The notes beneath the pieces are model-generated. The model ran no database searches. It saw only the letters and a program-made list of their open reading frames with translations, and was not told the DNA's origin. A stretch of DNA of 64,000 bases from Mobula hypostoma. Its lineage: Eukaryota. The translations under genes were made by a program, and so were the position numbers. The stretch covers positions 113,276,001 to 113,340,000 of the forward strand of contig NC_086108.1 in NCBI RefSeq assembly GCF_963921235.1. The letters run 5' to 3'. Below, piece after piece: positions 23,812-37,297 of the stretch. Positions within the stretch are counted from its first letter, which is position 1, and each line of letters begins with the position of its first letter.

Positions 23812-26310
23812 TTAGAAACCATAGAAACCATAGAAAAACTACAGCACAGAAACAGGCCTTTTGGCCCTCCTTGGCTGTGCCGAACCATTTTCTGCCTAGT
23901 CCCACTGACCTGCACACGGACCATATCCCTCCATACACCTCCCATCCATGTATCTGTCCAATTTATTCTTAAATGTTAAAAAAGAACCCGCATTTACCAC
24001 CTCGTCTGGCAGCTCATTCCATACTCCCACCACTCTCTGTGTGAAGAAGCCCCCACTAATGTTCCCTTTAAACTTTTCCCCCCTCACCCTAAACTCATGT
24101 CCTCTGGTTTTTTTCTCCCCTTGCCTCAGTGGAAAAAGCCTGCGTGCATTCACTCTATCTATACCCATCATAATTTTATATACCTCCATCAAATCTTCCC
24201 TCATTCTTCTATGCTCCAGGGAATAAAGTCCTAACCTATTCAACCTTCCTCTGTAACTGAGTTTCTCAAGTCCCGGCAACATCCTTGTAAACCTTCTCTG
24301 CACTCTTTCAGCCTTATTTATATCCTTCCTGTAATTTGGTGACCAAAACTGAACACAATAGTCCAGATTCGGCCTTACCAATGCCTTATACAACCTCATC
24401 ATAACATTCCAGCTCTTATACACAATACTTTGATTAATAAAGGCCAATGTACCAAAAACTCTCTTTACAACCCTATCTACCTGTGACGCCACTTTTAGGG
24501 AATTTTGTATCTGTATTCCCAGATCCCTCTGTTCTACTGCACTCCTCAGTGCCTTACCATTAACCCTGTATGTTCTACCTTGGTTTGTCCTTCCAACGTG
24601 CGATACCTCACACTTGTGTGTATTAAACTCCATCTGTCATTATTCAGTCCATTTTTCCAGCTGGTCCATGTCCCTCTGCAGGCTCTGAAAACCTTCCTCA
24701 CTGTCTACTACACCTCCAATCTTTGTATCATCAGCAAATTTGCTGATCCAATTTACCATATTATCATCCAGATCATTGATATAGATGACAAATAACAATG
24801 GACCCAGCACTGATCCCTGTGGCACACCACTAGTCACAGGCCTCTACTCGGAGAAGCAATTCTCTACTACCACTCTTTGGCTTCTTCCATTGAGCCAATG
24901 TCTAATCCAATTGACCACCTCTCCATGTATACCTAGCGACCAAATTTTCCTAACTAACCTCCCATGCGGGACCTTGTCAAAGGCCTTACTGAAGTCAATG
25001 TAGACAATATCCACTGCCTTCCCTTCATCCACTTTCCTGGTAACCTCCTCGAAAAACTCCAACAGATTGGTCAAACATGACCTACTACGCACAAAGCCAT
25101 GTTGACTCTCCCTAATAAGTCCCTGTCTATCCAAATGCTTGTAGATTCTGTCTCTTAGTACTCCCTCCAATAACTTACCTACTACCGACATTAAACTTAC
25201 CGGCCTATAATTTCCCGGATTATTTTTCGATCCTTTTTTAAACAATGGAACAACATGAGCCACTCTCCAATCCTCCGGCACCTCACCTGTAGACAGCGAC
25301 ATTTTAAATATTTCAGCCAGGGCCCCTGCAATTTCAACACTAGTCTCCTTCAAGGTCCGAGGGAACACCCTGTCAGGTCCCGGGGATTTATCCACTTTAA
25401 TTTTCCTCAAGTCAGCAAGCACCTCCTCCTTTTCAATCTGTACAGTTCCCATGACCTCACTACTTGTTTCCCTTAATTCCATAGACTTCATGCCAGTTTC
25501 CTTAGTAAATACAGACGCAAAAAACCTATTTAAGATCTCCCCCATTTTCTTTGGTTCCGCACGTAGCCGACCACTCTGATCTTCAAGAGGACCAATTTTA
25601 TCCCTTACAATCCTTTTGCTCTTAATATACCTGTAAAAGCTCTTTGGATTATCCTTCACCTTGACTGCCAAGGCAACCTCATATCTTCTTTTAGCCCTCC
25701 TGATTTCTTTCTTAAGTATTTTCTTGCACTTCTTATACTCCTCAAGCACCTTATTTACTCCCTGTTTCCTATACATGTCATACAACTCCCTCTTCTTCTT
25801 TATCAGAGTTGCAATATCCCTTGAGGACCAAGGTTCCTTATTCCTATTCACTTTCCCTTTAACCCTGACAGGAACATACAAACTCTGCACTCTCAAAATT
25901 TCTCCTTTGAAGGCTTCCCACCTACCAATCACACCTTTGCCGGAGAAGAACCTGTCCCAATCCACGCTTTTTAGATCCTTTCTCATTTCTTCAAATTTGG
26001 CCTTCTTCCAGTTCAGAACCTCAACCCTCGGACCAGATCTATCCTTGTCCATGATCAAGTTGAAACTAATGGTGTTATGATCACTGGAACCAAAGTGCTC
26101 CCCTACACAGACTTCCATCACTTGTCCTAACTTGTTTCCTAACAGGAGATCCAATATTGCATCCCCTCTAGTTGGTCCCTCTATATATTGATTTAGAAAA
26201 CTTTCCTGAACACATTTTACAAACTCTAAACCATCTAGACCCCTAACAGTATGGGAGACCCAATCAATATATGGAAAATTAAAATCCACTACCACCACAA
26301 CTTTATGTTT
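23812..26310 (-). mobile_element. Young CR1 LINE, 5'-truncated ORF2 (endonuclease C-terminal part + RT) with tail
   Basis: ORFs 24844-26298, 24640-24837 and 23896-24633 lie in one frame separated only by two stop codons; tail (tttctatgg)n. Confidence 0.93.
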
Positions 26311-28347
26311 CTTTCTTGAATGAAATACAACAGATTCAATGAAAAACTACACATAAAAACAGGAAAATGTCCAGAAGACAAACTGTGCAATATAAGGGGC
26401 GTTGAAACTAAAACCTGGCTGAGGGTATAAAAAGCAATACCTTTTCACTTTAGGAATGGAGAAATGTCTACAGAACAGAGTGATACGGCCGCTGCCTGGG
26501 GATCGCCAGGACATGCCTGGAGCTAGAACTGTAAGCAAACTATTAATGGTGCACTACTGAATAGGCGGTTGGGCACCTGGGAAACCCGAGAAAGGTACTG
26601 CCAGCATTCAAAGTAGCCCCTCAGCACCACAGGTCATGACTGCTACAAGTACTGCTCAGGACTCACTCAGACAGGTGAGAGAAGGAAGGCGCGCATGAAA
26701 TGGTCATTAGGAGTAAACACATTCATAATGCGTATTTACTACCGAGTAACGGAACTTGAGACAGACATGGCAGCATACAGGCCAAACTTCATCAACGGTT
26801 TATAGAATGTCTATGTAACTCTTCAGAAAGCCACAATACTAAACACCACTAGAATAGCCTGAAGGTTCCTAGCAATTGACAAATAAGCGTGCTTGGCTGT
26901 GCCCGTATCTCAGGTTTTACCAGCTTGAGCTGGGAAATAACAATAATGCGTACTGAGAACATGAGTTGCAGACAGCTTGAAAGTGAGCCCTGAGGTTGTA
27001 GAATCAGTTCAGTGTTGAGGTGAGTGAAGTCATCCACACAGCTTCAGGAGTGTGATGGTTGAAGGGTTGTAACTGTTCCTGAACCTGGTGCTGTGGGACC
27101 TAAGGCTCCTGTACCTGTTGTAGTGAAAAGACAGCATGGCCTGGATCAAGGGGGTGCTTGATGCTGGATGCTGCTTTCTTGGCACGGTGTCACTTCAAGA
27201 TATTGCACACTCTGTTACACTGAGGTTGAAAGAGACTTAAATCACACACAAGTGCGGCCCAGCGCACAGCGAGTAAACCCACTGTCTCATAGCCCTAGAG
27301 ACCTACGTTCAGTCCTGACCTCCAGCACTGTCGGTGTGGAGTTTGCATGTCTTAGCTGTGACAGCATGGGATTCCCGCCCCCCCCCCCACCCTCGGGTGC
27401 TCTGGTTCTCTCCCACATCTCAAAGACGCGCAGCTTGAAGGGTTAATTGGCTGCCGGGATTGTTCCCTGTTGTGTGGGTGAAATCTGTCCCTAGTGCAGG
27501 AGCATCTAGAAGGCCAGGAGCAGGGAGAGAGTCCGGAGTCACAGAGATACAGATTAAAGATTAGCTTCATTTGTCACACATACACCAAAACATTGAGACA
27601 CACAGCGAAATTTGTCGTTTGTATCAACAGTCAACACAGTCTGATTGTGTGCTGGGGGTAATGCAAGTGTCACCATATTTCTGGCACCAACATCACACGT
27701 CCGCAAGTCACTAACTCTCATCTGTAAATCTTTGGAATGTGCAAGGAAACCGGAGTACCCAAAGAAAACCTACACAGTTACTGGGAGAATCTACAAATTC
27801 CTTGGCAAACCTTCTTTTGGGAACCCCCTTTCAAATCGATAAAAAAGATTCTTTTTCTATTTTTCAAAGGGACATTTTACATAATCTTTATGAAACACTT
27901 CCTTTACTAATCCTGAGTCAGAATTACTTAACCATGTAACCACAAACAGAATATCACAGGCAGCGGGCAAAATGCCCCAGGTAATGGAAGTATCCCTGAC
28001 ATATGTGAGATTATTGCTGTTCGTGCACTGCTTGTCCCACTCCCATCAGGGAAGAAGCTACGTAGGACCACCAGACTCAAAGCCAGTTACTTTCCCCAGC
28101 AGTAAGGCTGATCAACGCCTCCACCCTCCACACCCCCAACCACCACTACTTTATCATTTCCTGTCAGTCACCTTGTGTACAGACACTCCTGTGCCTCGTG
28201 TCACTTTATGGACAGACAATCAATGTATAGAAACTATCTTATGTATTTATATTTATTGTGTTCTTTATCTTATTGTGTTTTTTTGTATTGCAGCAGATCC
28301 AGAGTAATAATTATTTCGGTCTCCTTTACACTTTTGTACAGGAAATG

Positions 28348-29440
28348 TTAGAAACATAGAAAACCTACAGCACAATTCAGGCCCTTTGGCCCACAGAGTT
28401 GTGCCGAACATGTCCCTACCTTAGAAATTACTAGGCTTACCTATAGTCCTCTATTTTTCTAAGTTCCATGTACCTATCGAAAAGTCTCTTAAAAGACCCT
28501 ATCGTATCCACCTCCACCACCGTTGCCGGCAGCCCATTCCATACACTCACCGCTCTCTGCGTAAAAAACAGCCCGGACATCTCCTCTGTATCTACTCCCC
28601 AGCACCTTAAACCTGTGTCCTCTTGTGGCAGCCATTTCAGCCCTGGGAAAAAAGCCTCTGACTATCCACACGATCAATGCCTCCCATCATCTTATACACA
28701 ACTATCTTGTTAAACAATCTTGAATTATTTCATGATCAAACACAAATTAGTGAGATTCTACCTTCTAGCTCATTAACCATGTTAGTTTGAACTAGCACTA
28801 TCTCTACTCCCCTTTCTTGAATAATGGAACAACATCCGCAACCCTCCAATCCTCCGGAACCTCTCCTGTCCCCATTGATGATGCAAAGATCATCACCAGA
28901 GGCTCAGCAATCTCCTCCCTTGACTCCCAGAGTAGCCTGAGGTACATCTCGTCCGGTCCCGGTGAATTATCCAACTTGATGTTTTCCAAAAGCTCCTGCA
29001 CATCCACTTTCTTAATATCTACATGCTCAAGCTTTTCAGTCCACTATAAGTCATCCCTACAATCGCCAAGATCCTTTTCCATAGTGAATACTGAAGCAAA
29101 GTATTCATTAAGTACCTCTGCCATCTCCTCCGGTTCCATACACACTTTTCCACTGTCACACTTGATTGGTCCTATTCACTCACGTCTTATCCTCTTACTC
29201 TTCACATACTTGTAGAATGCCTTGAGGTTTTCCTTAATCCTGTCCGCCAAGGCCTTCTCATGGCCCCTTCTGGCTCTCCTAATTTCATTCTTAAGCTCCT
29301 TCTTGCTAGCCTTATAATCTTCTAGATTCCTATCATTACCTAGTTTTTTGAACTTTTGGTAAGCTTTTCTTTTTTTCTTGACTAGATTTTCTACAAGTCT
29401 TTGTACACCATGGTTCCTGTACCCTACCAATCTTTCCCTG
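28348..29440 (-). mobile_element. CR1 fragments of the same subfamily as 4106-7357 (3' end 28348-28700; internal 28803-29440)
   Basis: Closely matching reverse-complement sequence (EVPEDWRVADVVPLFKKG; GHEKALADRIKEN; tail tgtgctgtaggttttctatgtttct). Confidence 0.88.
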
Positions 29441-30113
29441 TCTCCCTGTTCCCTGTGGTAACTGACCAATTTACCACAGCAAATTTCTATAATGTAAATG
29501 CATATGGTGGATAAAGTTGATCCCTGATGTTGAAACCCGATCCTTGTTTTAACCTGATCCAATCTGTATCGCAACTCGGCCACAGACAGACCCAAGCCCG
29601 GCTGCGAAAGGAGGCCATCCTGTAGAAAGCCAGTTCTACAGAAATGCCAACAGAAGCTCCAAAGACCCCATCCCTGGGGCAGGAAGGAGAAGATGGGCCA
29701 CACCTTGAAAGACTGAAGAACTGGCCCTGGACAGAGGGCCTTTTGAAGCTGCTGTCGGTAAAGGCTTACAAAGGAGAATAATCCTTATTGAAGCAATTAC
29801 ACTTGGGACGGAGGTTGGTTCTGCTGTATGCACAGTCTGTTGCAAACATGTTAAGAAAGAATCAACAAAGGGAATCTGGAAGCTAATTAGGATGATGTCA
29901 TTGTTTCCACAACCTCGCCAATGTTTAAATCACAGTCCCTGTAAAATTCAAACAAGCAACTAGACTGGCATTGGAATGTTTGGATTTGCCTTAACCTGGT
30001 TTACACACACACACCCAGAACTAACTTCAACAAAATGCTGGAGGAACTCAGCAGGTCGGGCAGCATCTATAGAGATGAAGAAACATTCGGGACTGGAGAG
30101 GAAGGGGGAAGAC

Positions 30114-30472
30114 AGAAACATAGAAACATAGAAAACCTACAGCACAATACAGGCCCTTCGGCCCACAATGCTGTGCAGAACATGTCCTTACCTTAGAAAT
30201 TACCTAGGGTTACCTATAGCCCTCTATTTTTCCAAGCTTCATGTAGCCATCCAGGAGTCCCTTTAAAGACCTTATCGTATCCACCTCCACCACCATCACC
30301 GGCAGCCCATTCCACACACTCACCGCTCTCTGCATAAAAAACTTAGGCCTAACATCTCCTCTGTACCTACTTCCAAGCACCTTAAAACTGTGCCCTCTCG
30401 TGCTAGCCATTCCAGCCCTGGGAAAAAGCCTCTGACTATCCACACGATCAATGCCTCTCATCATCTGATACA
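30114..30472 (-). mobile_element. CR1 3' end inserted into a Penelope-derived repeat (~30030-30600)
   Basis: MMRGIDRVDSQRLFPRAGMASTRGHSFKVLG...; tail on + agaaacatagaaacatagaaaacctac. The flanks rejoin as ggaagggggaaga|gatgccagaatagg. Confidence 0.85.
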
Positions 30473-30927
30473 CAAGAATAAGATGCCAGAATAGGAAGGT
30501 GGGAGGAGGGAGAGTTCATACTGGCAGGTGATTGAGGAATCGGGGAGCAGCAGAGATCAGAGAGGGGAGAAGGGGTGCCGGGTCCACGGTGGGGACATCC
30601 ATCTACTCCAACTGCACCGTCCAAGCCCACAAACCCCTCACAACAAGGACAAGGGCGGTGAGTGTATCTGCAGGACCTATTGTCTGGATCATTTTGCAGT
30701 CAGCAGCATGGCAAAAATCATCAGTCGACTTAATATCTGTCGCTTTCCCCCAAGCAACTGAGGCTAAGGGGAGAGCTGATAGAAGTTTACATTATGAGAG
30801 GTATAGATAGCCAGTTTCCAGATTCAGAATCGGGTTTATTATTTTATATTGTTATTTTATGTTATTCAGAGATACTGCACAGGAAAACCCATGCACTCAC
30901 CAACCCCAGAGCTAACCCAGCCTAGTC

Positions 30928-31310
30928 ACAGGAGAGTGGTGGGGTGTAAATACATTACGTCTCTACCAAAGGAAGTGAAAGGCTCCTTCCCTCTGCCAGT
31001 CTGCAGGTCTCCCTTGGGCAAGGTGTAGCATCTGCTTAGCCCCTCGATCAGGGCCATGTGAAGCCATGGGAGCCGGTGCTGGATGGTCATACGAGCAGCC
31101 GGTGCAGATCGCCAGTCCTGGTTACATGACCACTGACGCCAGGCAGAAAATCTCTGAAGAGTATTGATAATGGCTGGGGCCACCCGTCTTGTAAAGACAC
31201 TGCCCAGAAGAAGCCCATGGCAAACCACTTCTGCAGAAAAAATTGCCAAGGACAATCATGGTCATAGAAAGACCACGATTGCCCACATCGTACAACAGGG
31301 CATGTAACAA
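30928..31310 (+). mobile_element. Short non-autonomous element with RTE-type 3' end (SINE-like)
   Basis: 3' motif agaagaagcccatggcaaaccacttctg...ttgccaagga, resembling RTE/BovB-derived tails, followed by (aaac)n. Confidence 0.5.
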
Positions 31311-32054
31311 ACAAACAAACAATTTAATCACAGAACCGTTTACAATGACCAATTAACCACTAACTGATACGTCTTTGGACTGTGGGAGCAACCTGGGAAT
31401 TCTACAAGGAAGACATACAAACTCCTTACAGACAACATCAGAGTTGAGCTTCAAATTGCAATGCTCCTAGCTGTAATCGTGTCACACTAAACGCTACGTT
31501 ACCATAGTGACCCTATGTTATCACTGACATATTGTCGTGAAATATGTTGTTTTGTGGCAGCAGTACAGTGCAATACAGTCCAGATTCTTTCCTCAGGACT
31601 GAAATGCCCAGTACCAGAGGGTGAATATTTGAGATGAGAGAGTGAAAGTTCAAAGCAGATGGGAATGGCGGACATTTGTGGGCGTCTGGAATGTGCAGCC
31701 TGGGGCGTGGTAGAGGACGTTAGAGACGTTTACGAGGTCTTTGTATGGAGTGATGCAGATGTAGTATAATGAAAAAGGATTAGGTGTCATTAGCACAAGT
31801 AGTTGGGAACAGCATTGTGGGCCGAATGGCCTGTTACTGTTCTGTGCTCAATTGAAGATTAAAGATAAGCTGTAATTGTCAATGTACATCAAAGGTACAG
31901 TGAAAAGCGTCACTTTGTGTCAAATCAAATCAGTGAGGATGTGCTGGGGGCAGCCTGCGAGTGTCGCCTTGCTTCCGGCACCAGCAGAGCGTGCCCACAA
32001 CTCACTAAACCGAACCCACACGTCTTTGAAACGTGGGAGGAAACCAGGGCACAT

Positions 32055-32477
32055 CTACTGACAGGAGAAAGGGTAAAGTTGGGTCACTGCCACCTTAAAA
32101 CCAGGCGCTTTGGGCAGATGAGGCTCAACAGCTGAGGTTGGCAGCTCATCGAGAGGAAAGAACCCTCCGCTGCTTTGTGGTTATACCCTTTCGGGGGAAA
32201 GGCTTTGGGAGTAAACCCCGAGGGAAATGTCCAGAGCTGGGGTCCCTGAGGCAATCCTACGTCGAGTTCAACACTGACTGGCATCTCCTGCGAAGCCACT
32301 GCTGTCAACCTGTATCAGTCTCTGCCGTTCCTTTGGGTTCATCAGCTGTGTGGAGACGGGCAGCAGCTTGCTCTCTATATCGTACTGCCTGGCTTGCACA
32401 TCACGTAGACAGAAAGGACACAACATCCATGGCTGGCCTCAACCAATAGAGGTCTCAGCTTCATCATCATCATCACA
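32055..32477 (+). mobile_element. Non-autonomous retroelement (RTE/Vingi-like), copy 2, with (TCA)n tail
   Basis: Homologous to 19870-20287; ends ...tctcagcttcatcatcatcatca. Confidence 0.55.
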
Positions 32478-33107
32478 TCCCCCTCTATTGGTCTCTAATC
32501 TCTCTATAATTCAATCATTCCTTCTATCATCCTCCTCTCTATCTCCACTACATCCCACTCTGCTCCAGGACAATGGGTACACCTGTTTAATTATTGCTTT
32601 CATTCCTTTGGTCATTTCTGACCTGACCATTTTCGAACAATTAGACAGCCCTGCCAAGAGTGTCATTCTAACGGCTGTCAAGGTAATTGAAACCAGAAGC
32701 AGGGAGAAGCGGATGTTGTGGACGAAGTCAAAGACACGGGCAGGTCTGCATTGTACACCTGAAGCACCTGCACCGCTGGCGGACGTTCCGGAAACATCTC
32801 CAGCCCAGGTGTTTCATCATTCCACATGTTGATCAGAGGGCTGGCAGTGGAGGGTGATTATAGAAACACTGAGAGTTAATTAAATACGGTTGTCACCCTT
32901 GTGTCTTTAAGAAGCTGTTGAAAGTTCAAGCCTTTTTTTTCCTTTCCTGTTAATACGGTCCAAATCTTCAAGAGCCCAGAACTGGCCAGGCAAACACAGT
33001 GTGACTCCTCTCATTGTTATTAGAGTGCAGATGCAAGGCGGTGTCGGAGACTCAGAAAGCTGCTAGATTTCTCAGTGCTAATGAATGGGTCCCTCATCTG
33101 AAATGTT

Positions 33108-33413
33108 AACTCTCTCTGACTCTCTCTCTCTCTCTGTCTCTCTCTCTCTCTGGCTATGGTGCAGGTCAATAGTAACAGGCAGAATAACAGTTCAGCATGA
33201 ACTGAATGTGCTGTTGTGCTCTGTAACTATGACTCTCACTCGCTCCTTCCTTCTCCCCCTTCTTCCCCTTCTCTCTCTGCCTCTTTCTACCTCTGCATCC
33301 CCGTCTCTCTCTCTCTCTCTCTCTCTTTCTGCCTCCCTCTCTCTCTCTCTCTATACCTCACTCTCTCTTTCTACCTCCGTCTCTCTGCCCCCTCTCTCTT
33401 TGCTCCCTCTCTT

Positions 33414-33452
<39 letters not shown>

Positions 33453-33463
33453 ACTGCCTCTCT
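33108..33463 (+). repeat. Compound (CT)n / polypyrimidine microsatellite
   Basis: Multiple (TC)n runs directly visible; a further CT-rich tract at ~37300-37397. Confidence 0.9.
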
Positions 33464-33465
33464 AA

Positions 33466-33690
33466 CTTGAAGGGAAAGATGGAGAGACTGAAATGCAAGT
33501 CTAACTTAGCTTTTAAGTAAAGTGAGACGTGCATGTATCACGTGGTTGCGTGATGACCTATGCCATTTTAGGTACAACCCACAATGCATTATGTAAACAA
33601 CAAAGAATGTGTAATCAAACAATACTGTATATTTACAATATTGCACAAATATCACCAAAATATTAAATACACAACACTCCCTGCCCTCTC
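33466..33690 (-). mobile_element. Truncated LTR-retrotransposon 3' LTR start with polypurine tract
   Basis: Minus strand: gagagggcagggag (PPT-like) directly followed by TGTTGTGTATTTAATATTT... starting at 33676. Confidence 0.55.
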
Positions 33691-33713
33691 GGTCCCCCTC
33701 TCTCTCTCTCTTC

Positions 33714-36700
33714 ATCAGTACTTGGAGCTATGATGTTGTGGCCATTACAGAGACTTGGATGGTGCAGGGGCAGGAATGGCTACTCCAAGTGCCAGGAGTT
33801 GGATGTTTCAGAAAGGACAGGGAGGGAGGCAAGAGGTGGGGGCATGGTACTGTTGATCAGAGATAGTCTCATGGCTACAGAAAAGGAGGAAGCCATGAAG
33901 GGATTGTCTATAGAGTCTCTGTGGATGGAAGTTAGGAATAGGAAGGGGTCAATATGTTACATATCCCGTGAGCATGATGTAATTATATTCTGAGCATTAT
34001 GTCATTATCTCCTGATGGGCATGATGTAATTGTCTCATGACCGTGGAGTGATGTTATGTCATGTGATGGCATGTTCCCAACAAAAGCCCGCCAATGTGAC
34101 GCAGTTCTCATTTTTATTTTGAGTGTAACGTTGTTGCCGGCAGTTTCGGCAATCGCTGCCAGTTTTTGTTTGTTGCACCTTTGTTTTCCTTTACAGTCCA
34201 GTATCGGAGAGTGAGGACATTATCAGAGTTATCTGAGCAAAGGACTGGGTAAAGTTAATGTCATTCAGCTTCTTGAGAATGATCGACCTTTTTAATCTTC
34301 GTTTGGGAATTGTGGCATGCACATTTGAGTAAAACCCCTGCAAGGTTGGGAAGGTTTGTGCAGTGACCACCCTCCAGTCAAAAAGGTCAGTTCCCGTATT
34401 TCTTCGTGATTCCTTCGGACAAGGCATCTCTTGGCTGAGATCGACAGATTCATCATTACTTCGAAGGAATTGTTGCTTTGGGGAAGTCTCTCCTTAATGA
34501 CTGTATAAATCACATGGACTTTTGAATTTACCACTTTAAGTCTGTGCTTGGATGAGAACTCGTTAACAACAGTTTATAAGTTTGACTGCTTGTACGATAT
34601 AGTCGCCTAACTGTTAACTTCTGGTTAAGTTAGTCATTCGTTTACTTTCCGATGTTTTGAGCAGAGGTTAATAAATATCGTTGTTTGTTTATGAACCCTG
34701 ACTCATTTAATAACCATGGTTGCTGGACACGTGTCAAATAATTCTACTGGATGTTTTTTATAGACCTCCCAATAGTAACACGGACATTGAGGAGCAGATA
34801 GGGAGTCAGATTCTGGAAAGGTGTAATAACAACTGGGTTGTTGTGGTGGGAGATTTTAATTTCCCAAATATAGATTGGCATTTCCCTAGAGTGAGGTGTT
34901 TAGATGGGGTGGAGTTTATTAGGTGTGTTCAGAAAGGTTTCTTGACACAATATGTAGATAAGCCTATAAGAGGAGAGGCTGTACTTGATCTGGTATTGGG
35001 AAATGAGTCTGGTCAGGTGTCAGGTCTCTCAGTGGGAGAGCGTTTTGGAGATAGTGATCACAATTCTATCTCCTTTACCATAGTATTGGAGAAGGGTAGG
35101 AACAGACAAGTTATGGAAATGTTTAATTGGAGTAAGGAGAAATATGAGGCTATCAGGCAGGAATTTGGAAGCATAAATTGGAAACAGATGTTCTCAGGGA
35201 AACGTACTGAAGAAATGTGGAAAATGTTCAGGGGATGTTTGCGGGGGGTTCTGTGTAGATACGTTCCAATAAAACAGGGAAAGGTTGGTAGGGTCCAGGA
35301 ACCATGGTGTACAAAGGCTGTTGTAAATCTAGTCAAGAAGAAAAGAAGAGCTTACCAAAGGTTCAAAAAACTAGGTAATAATGGAGATCTAGAAGATGAT
35401 ACGGCTAGCAGGAAGGAGCTTAAGAATGAAATTAGGAGAACCAGAAGAGGCCATGAGAAGGCCTTGGCGGACAGGATTAAGGAAAACCTTAAGGTATTCT
35501 GCAAGTATGTGAAGAACAAAAGGATATGACGTGAGAGAATAGGACCAATCAAGTGTGACAGTGGAAAAGTGTGTATGGAACCAGAGGAGATGGCAGAGGT
35601 ACTTAATGAATACTTTGCTTCAGTATTCACTATGGAAAAGGATCTTGGCGATTGTAGGGATGACTTGCAGCGGACTGAAAAGCCTGAGCATGTAGATATT
35701 AAGGAAGAGGATGTGCTGGAGCTTCTGGAAAGCATCAAGTTGGATGAGCCCCCAGGACAGGATGGGATATACCCCAGGCTACTGTAGGAAGTGAAGGAGG
35801 AGATTGCTGAGCCTCTGATGATGATCTTTGCATCATCAATCAGGACGGGAGAGGTTCCAGAGGATTGGAGGATTGCGGATGTTGTTCCCTTATTCAAGAA
35901 AGGGAGTAGGGATAGCCCAGGAAATTATAGACCAGTGAGTCTTACTTCAGTGGTTGGTAACTTGATGGAAAAGATACAGAGAGGCAGGATTTATGAACAT
36001 CTGGAGAGGCATAATATGATTCAGAATAGTCAGCTTGGCTTTGTCAAAGGCAGGTTGTGCCTTACGAGCCTGATAGAAGTTTTTGAGGATGTGACTAAAC
36101 ACATTGATGAAGGTAGAGTTGTAGATGTAGTGTATATGGATTTTAGCAAGGCATTTGATAAGGTACCCCGTGCAAGGCTTATTGAGAAAGTAAGGAGGCA
36201 TGGGATCCAAGGGGACATCGCTTTGTGGATCCAGAACTGGCTTGCCCACAGAAGCTGAGAGTGGTTGTAGATGGGTCATATTCTGCATGGAGGTTGGTTA
36301 CCAGTAGTGTGCCTCAGGGATCTGTTCTGGGACCCCTCTTTGTGATTTTTATAAATGACCTGGATGAGGAAGTGGAGGGATGGGTTAGTAAATTTGCTAA
36401 TGACACAAAGGTTGGGGGTGTTGTGGCTAGTGTGGAGGGCTGTCAGAGTTTACAGTTGGACATTGATAGGATGCAAAACTGGGTTGAGAAGTGGCAGATG
36501 GAGCTCAACCCAGATAAGTGTGAGGTGGTTCATTTTGGTAGGTCAAATATAATGGCAGAATATAGCATTAATGGTAAGACTCTTGGCAGTGTGGAAGATC
36601 AGAGGAATTTTGGGGTCCGAGTCTATAGGACATTCAAAGCTGCTGCTCAGGTTGACTCTGTGGTTAAGAAGGCATACGGTGCATTGGCCTTCATTAATCG

Positions 36701-37297
36701 TGGGATGGAGTTTAAGAGCCGAGAGGTAATGTTGCAGCTATATAGGATCCTGGTCAGACCCAACTTGGAGTACTGTGCTCAGTTCTGGTCACCTCACTAC
36801 AGGAAGGACGTGGAAACCATAGAAAGGGTGCAGAGGAGATTTACAAGGATGTTGCCTGGATTGGGGAGCATGCATTATGAGAGTAGGTTGAGTGAACTCG
36901 GCCTTTTTTCCTTGGAGCGATGGAGGATAAGAGGTGACCTGATAGATGTCTACAAGATAATGAGAGGCATTGATCATGTGGATAGTCAGAGGCTTTTTCC
37001 CAGGGCTGAAATGGCTAGCATGAGAGGGCATATTTTTAAGGTGCTTGGAGGTAGGTACAGAGGAGATGTCAGGGGTAAGTTTTTTATGCAGAGAGTGGTG
37101 AGTGCGTGGAATGGTTTGCCGGCGGCAGTGGAGGTAGAAACGATAGGGTCTTTTAAGAGATTCCTGGATAGCTACATGGAGCTTAGGAAAATAGAGGGCT
37201 ACAGGTAAGCCGTGTTAGTTCTAAGTTAAGGACATGCTTGGCACAGCTTTGTGGGCCGAAGGGCCTGTATTGTGCTGTGGGTTTTCTATGTTTCTAT
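33714..37297 (+). mobile_element. CR1 LINE ORF2 + tail (same subfamily as 4106-7357), interrupted by a solo LTR
   Basis: Endonuclease FYRPPNS, GDFNFPNIDW; RT YMDFSKAFDKV, KFANDTK, RPNLEYC; tail tgtgctgtgggttttctatgtttcta. Confidence 0.93.
33955..34736 (+). mobile_element. Solo LTR (782 bp, probably Ty3/Gypsy type)
   Basis: TG...CA ends (TGTTAC...GTGTCA); 4-bp TSD AATA (33951-33954 / 34737-34740); AATAAA ~65 bp before the end. Host CR1 rejoins as gggtcaata|attctactgg, matching uninterrupted gggtcaataactctactggg at 4801. Confidence 0.85.

Noticed and set aside
26441..26528. Possible 88-bp cassette exon on the minus strand (ttgcttacag|...aaag|gtattg)
   Set aside because: Weak donor, would shift the frame between the two col24a1 exons, and shows no collagen similarity; cannot be supported without RNA data.
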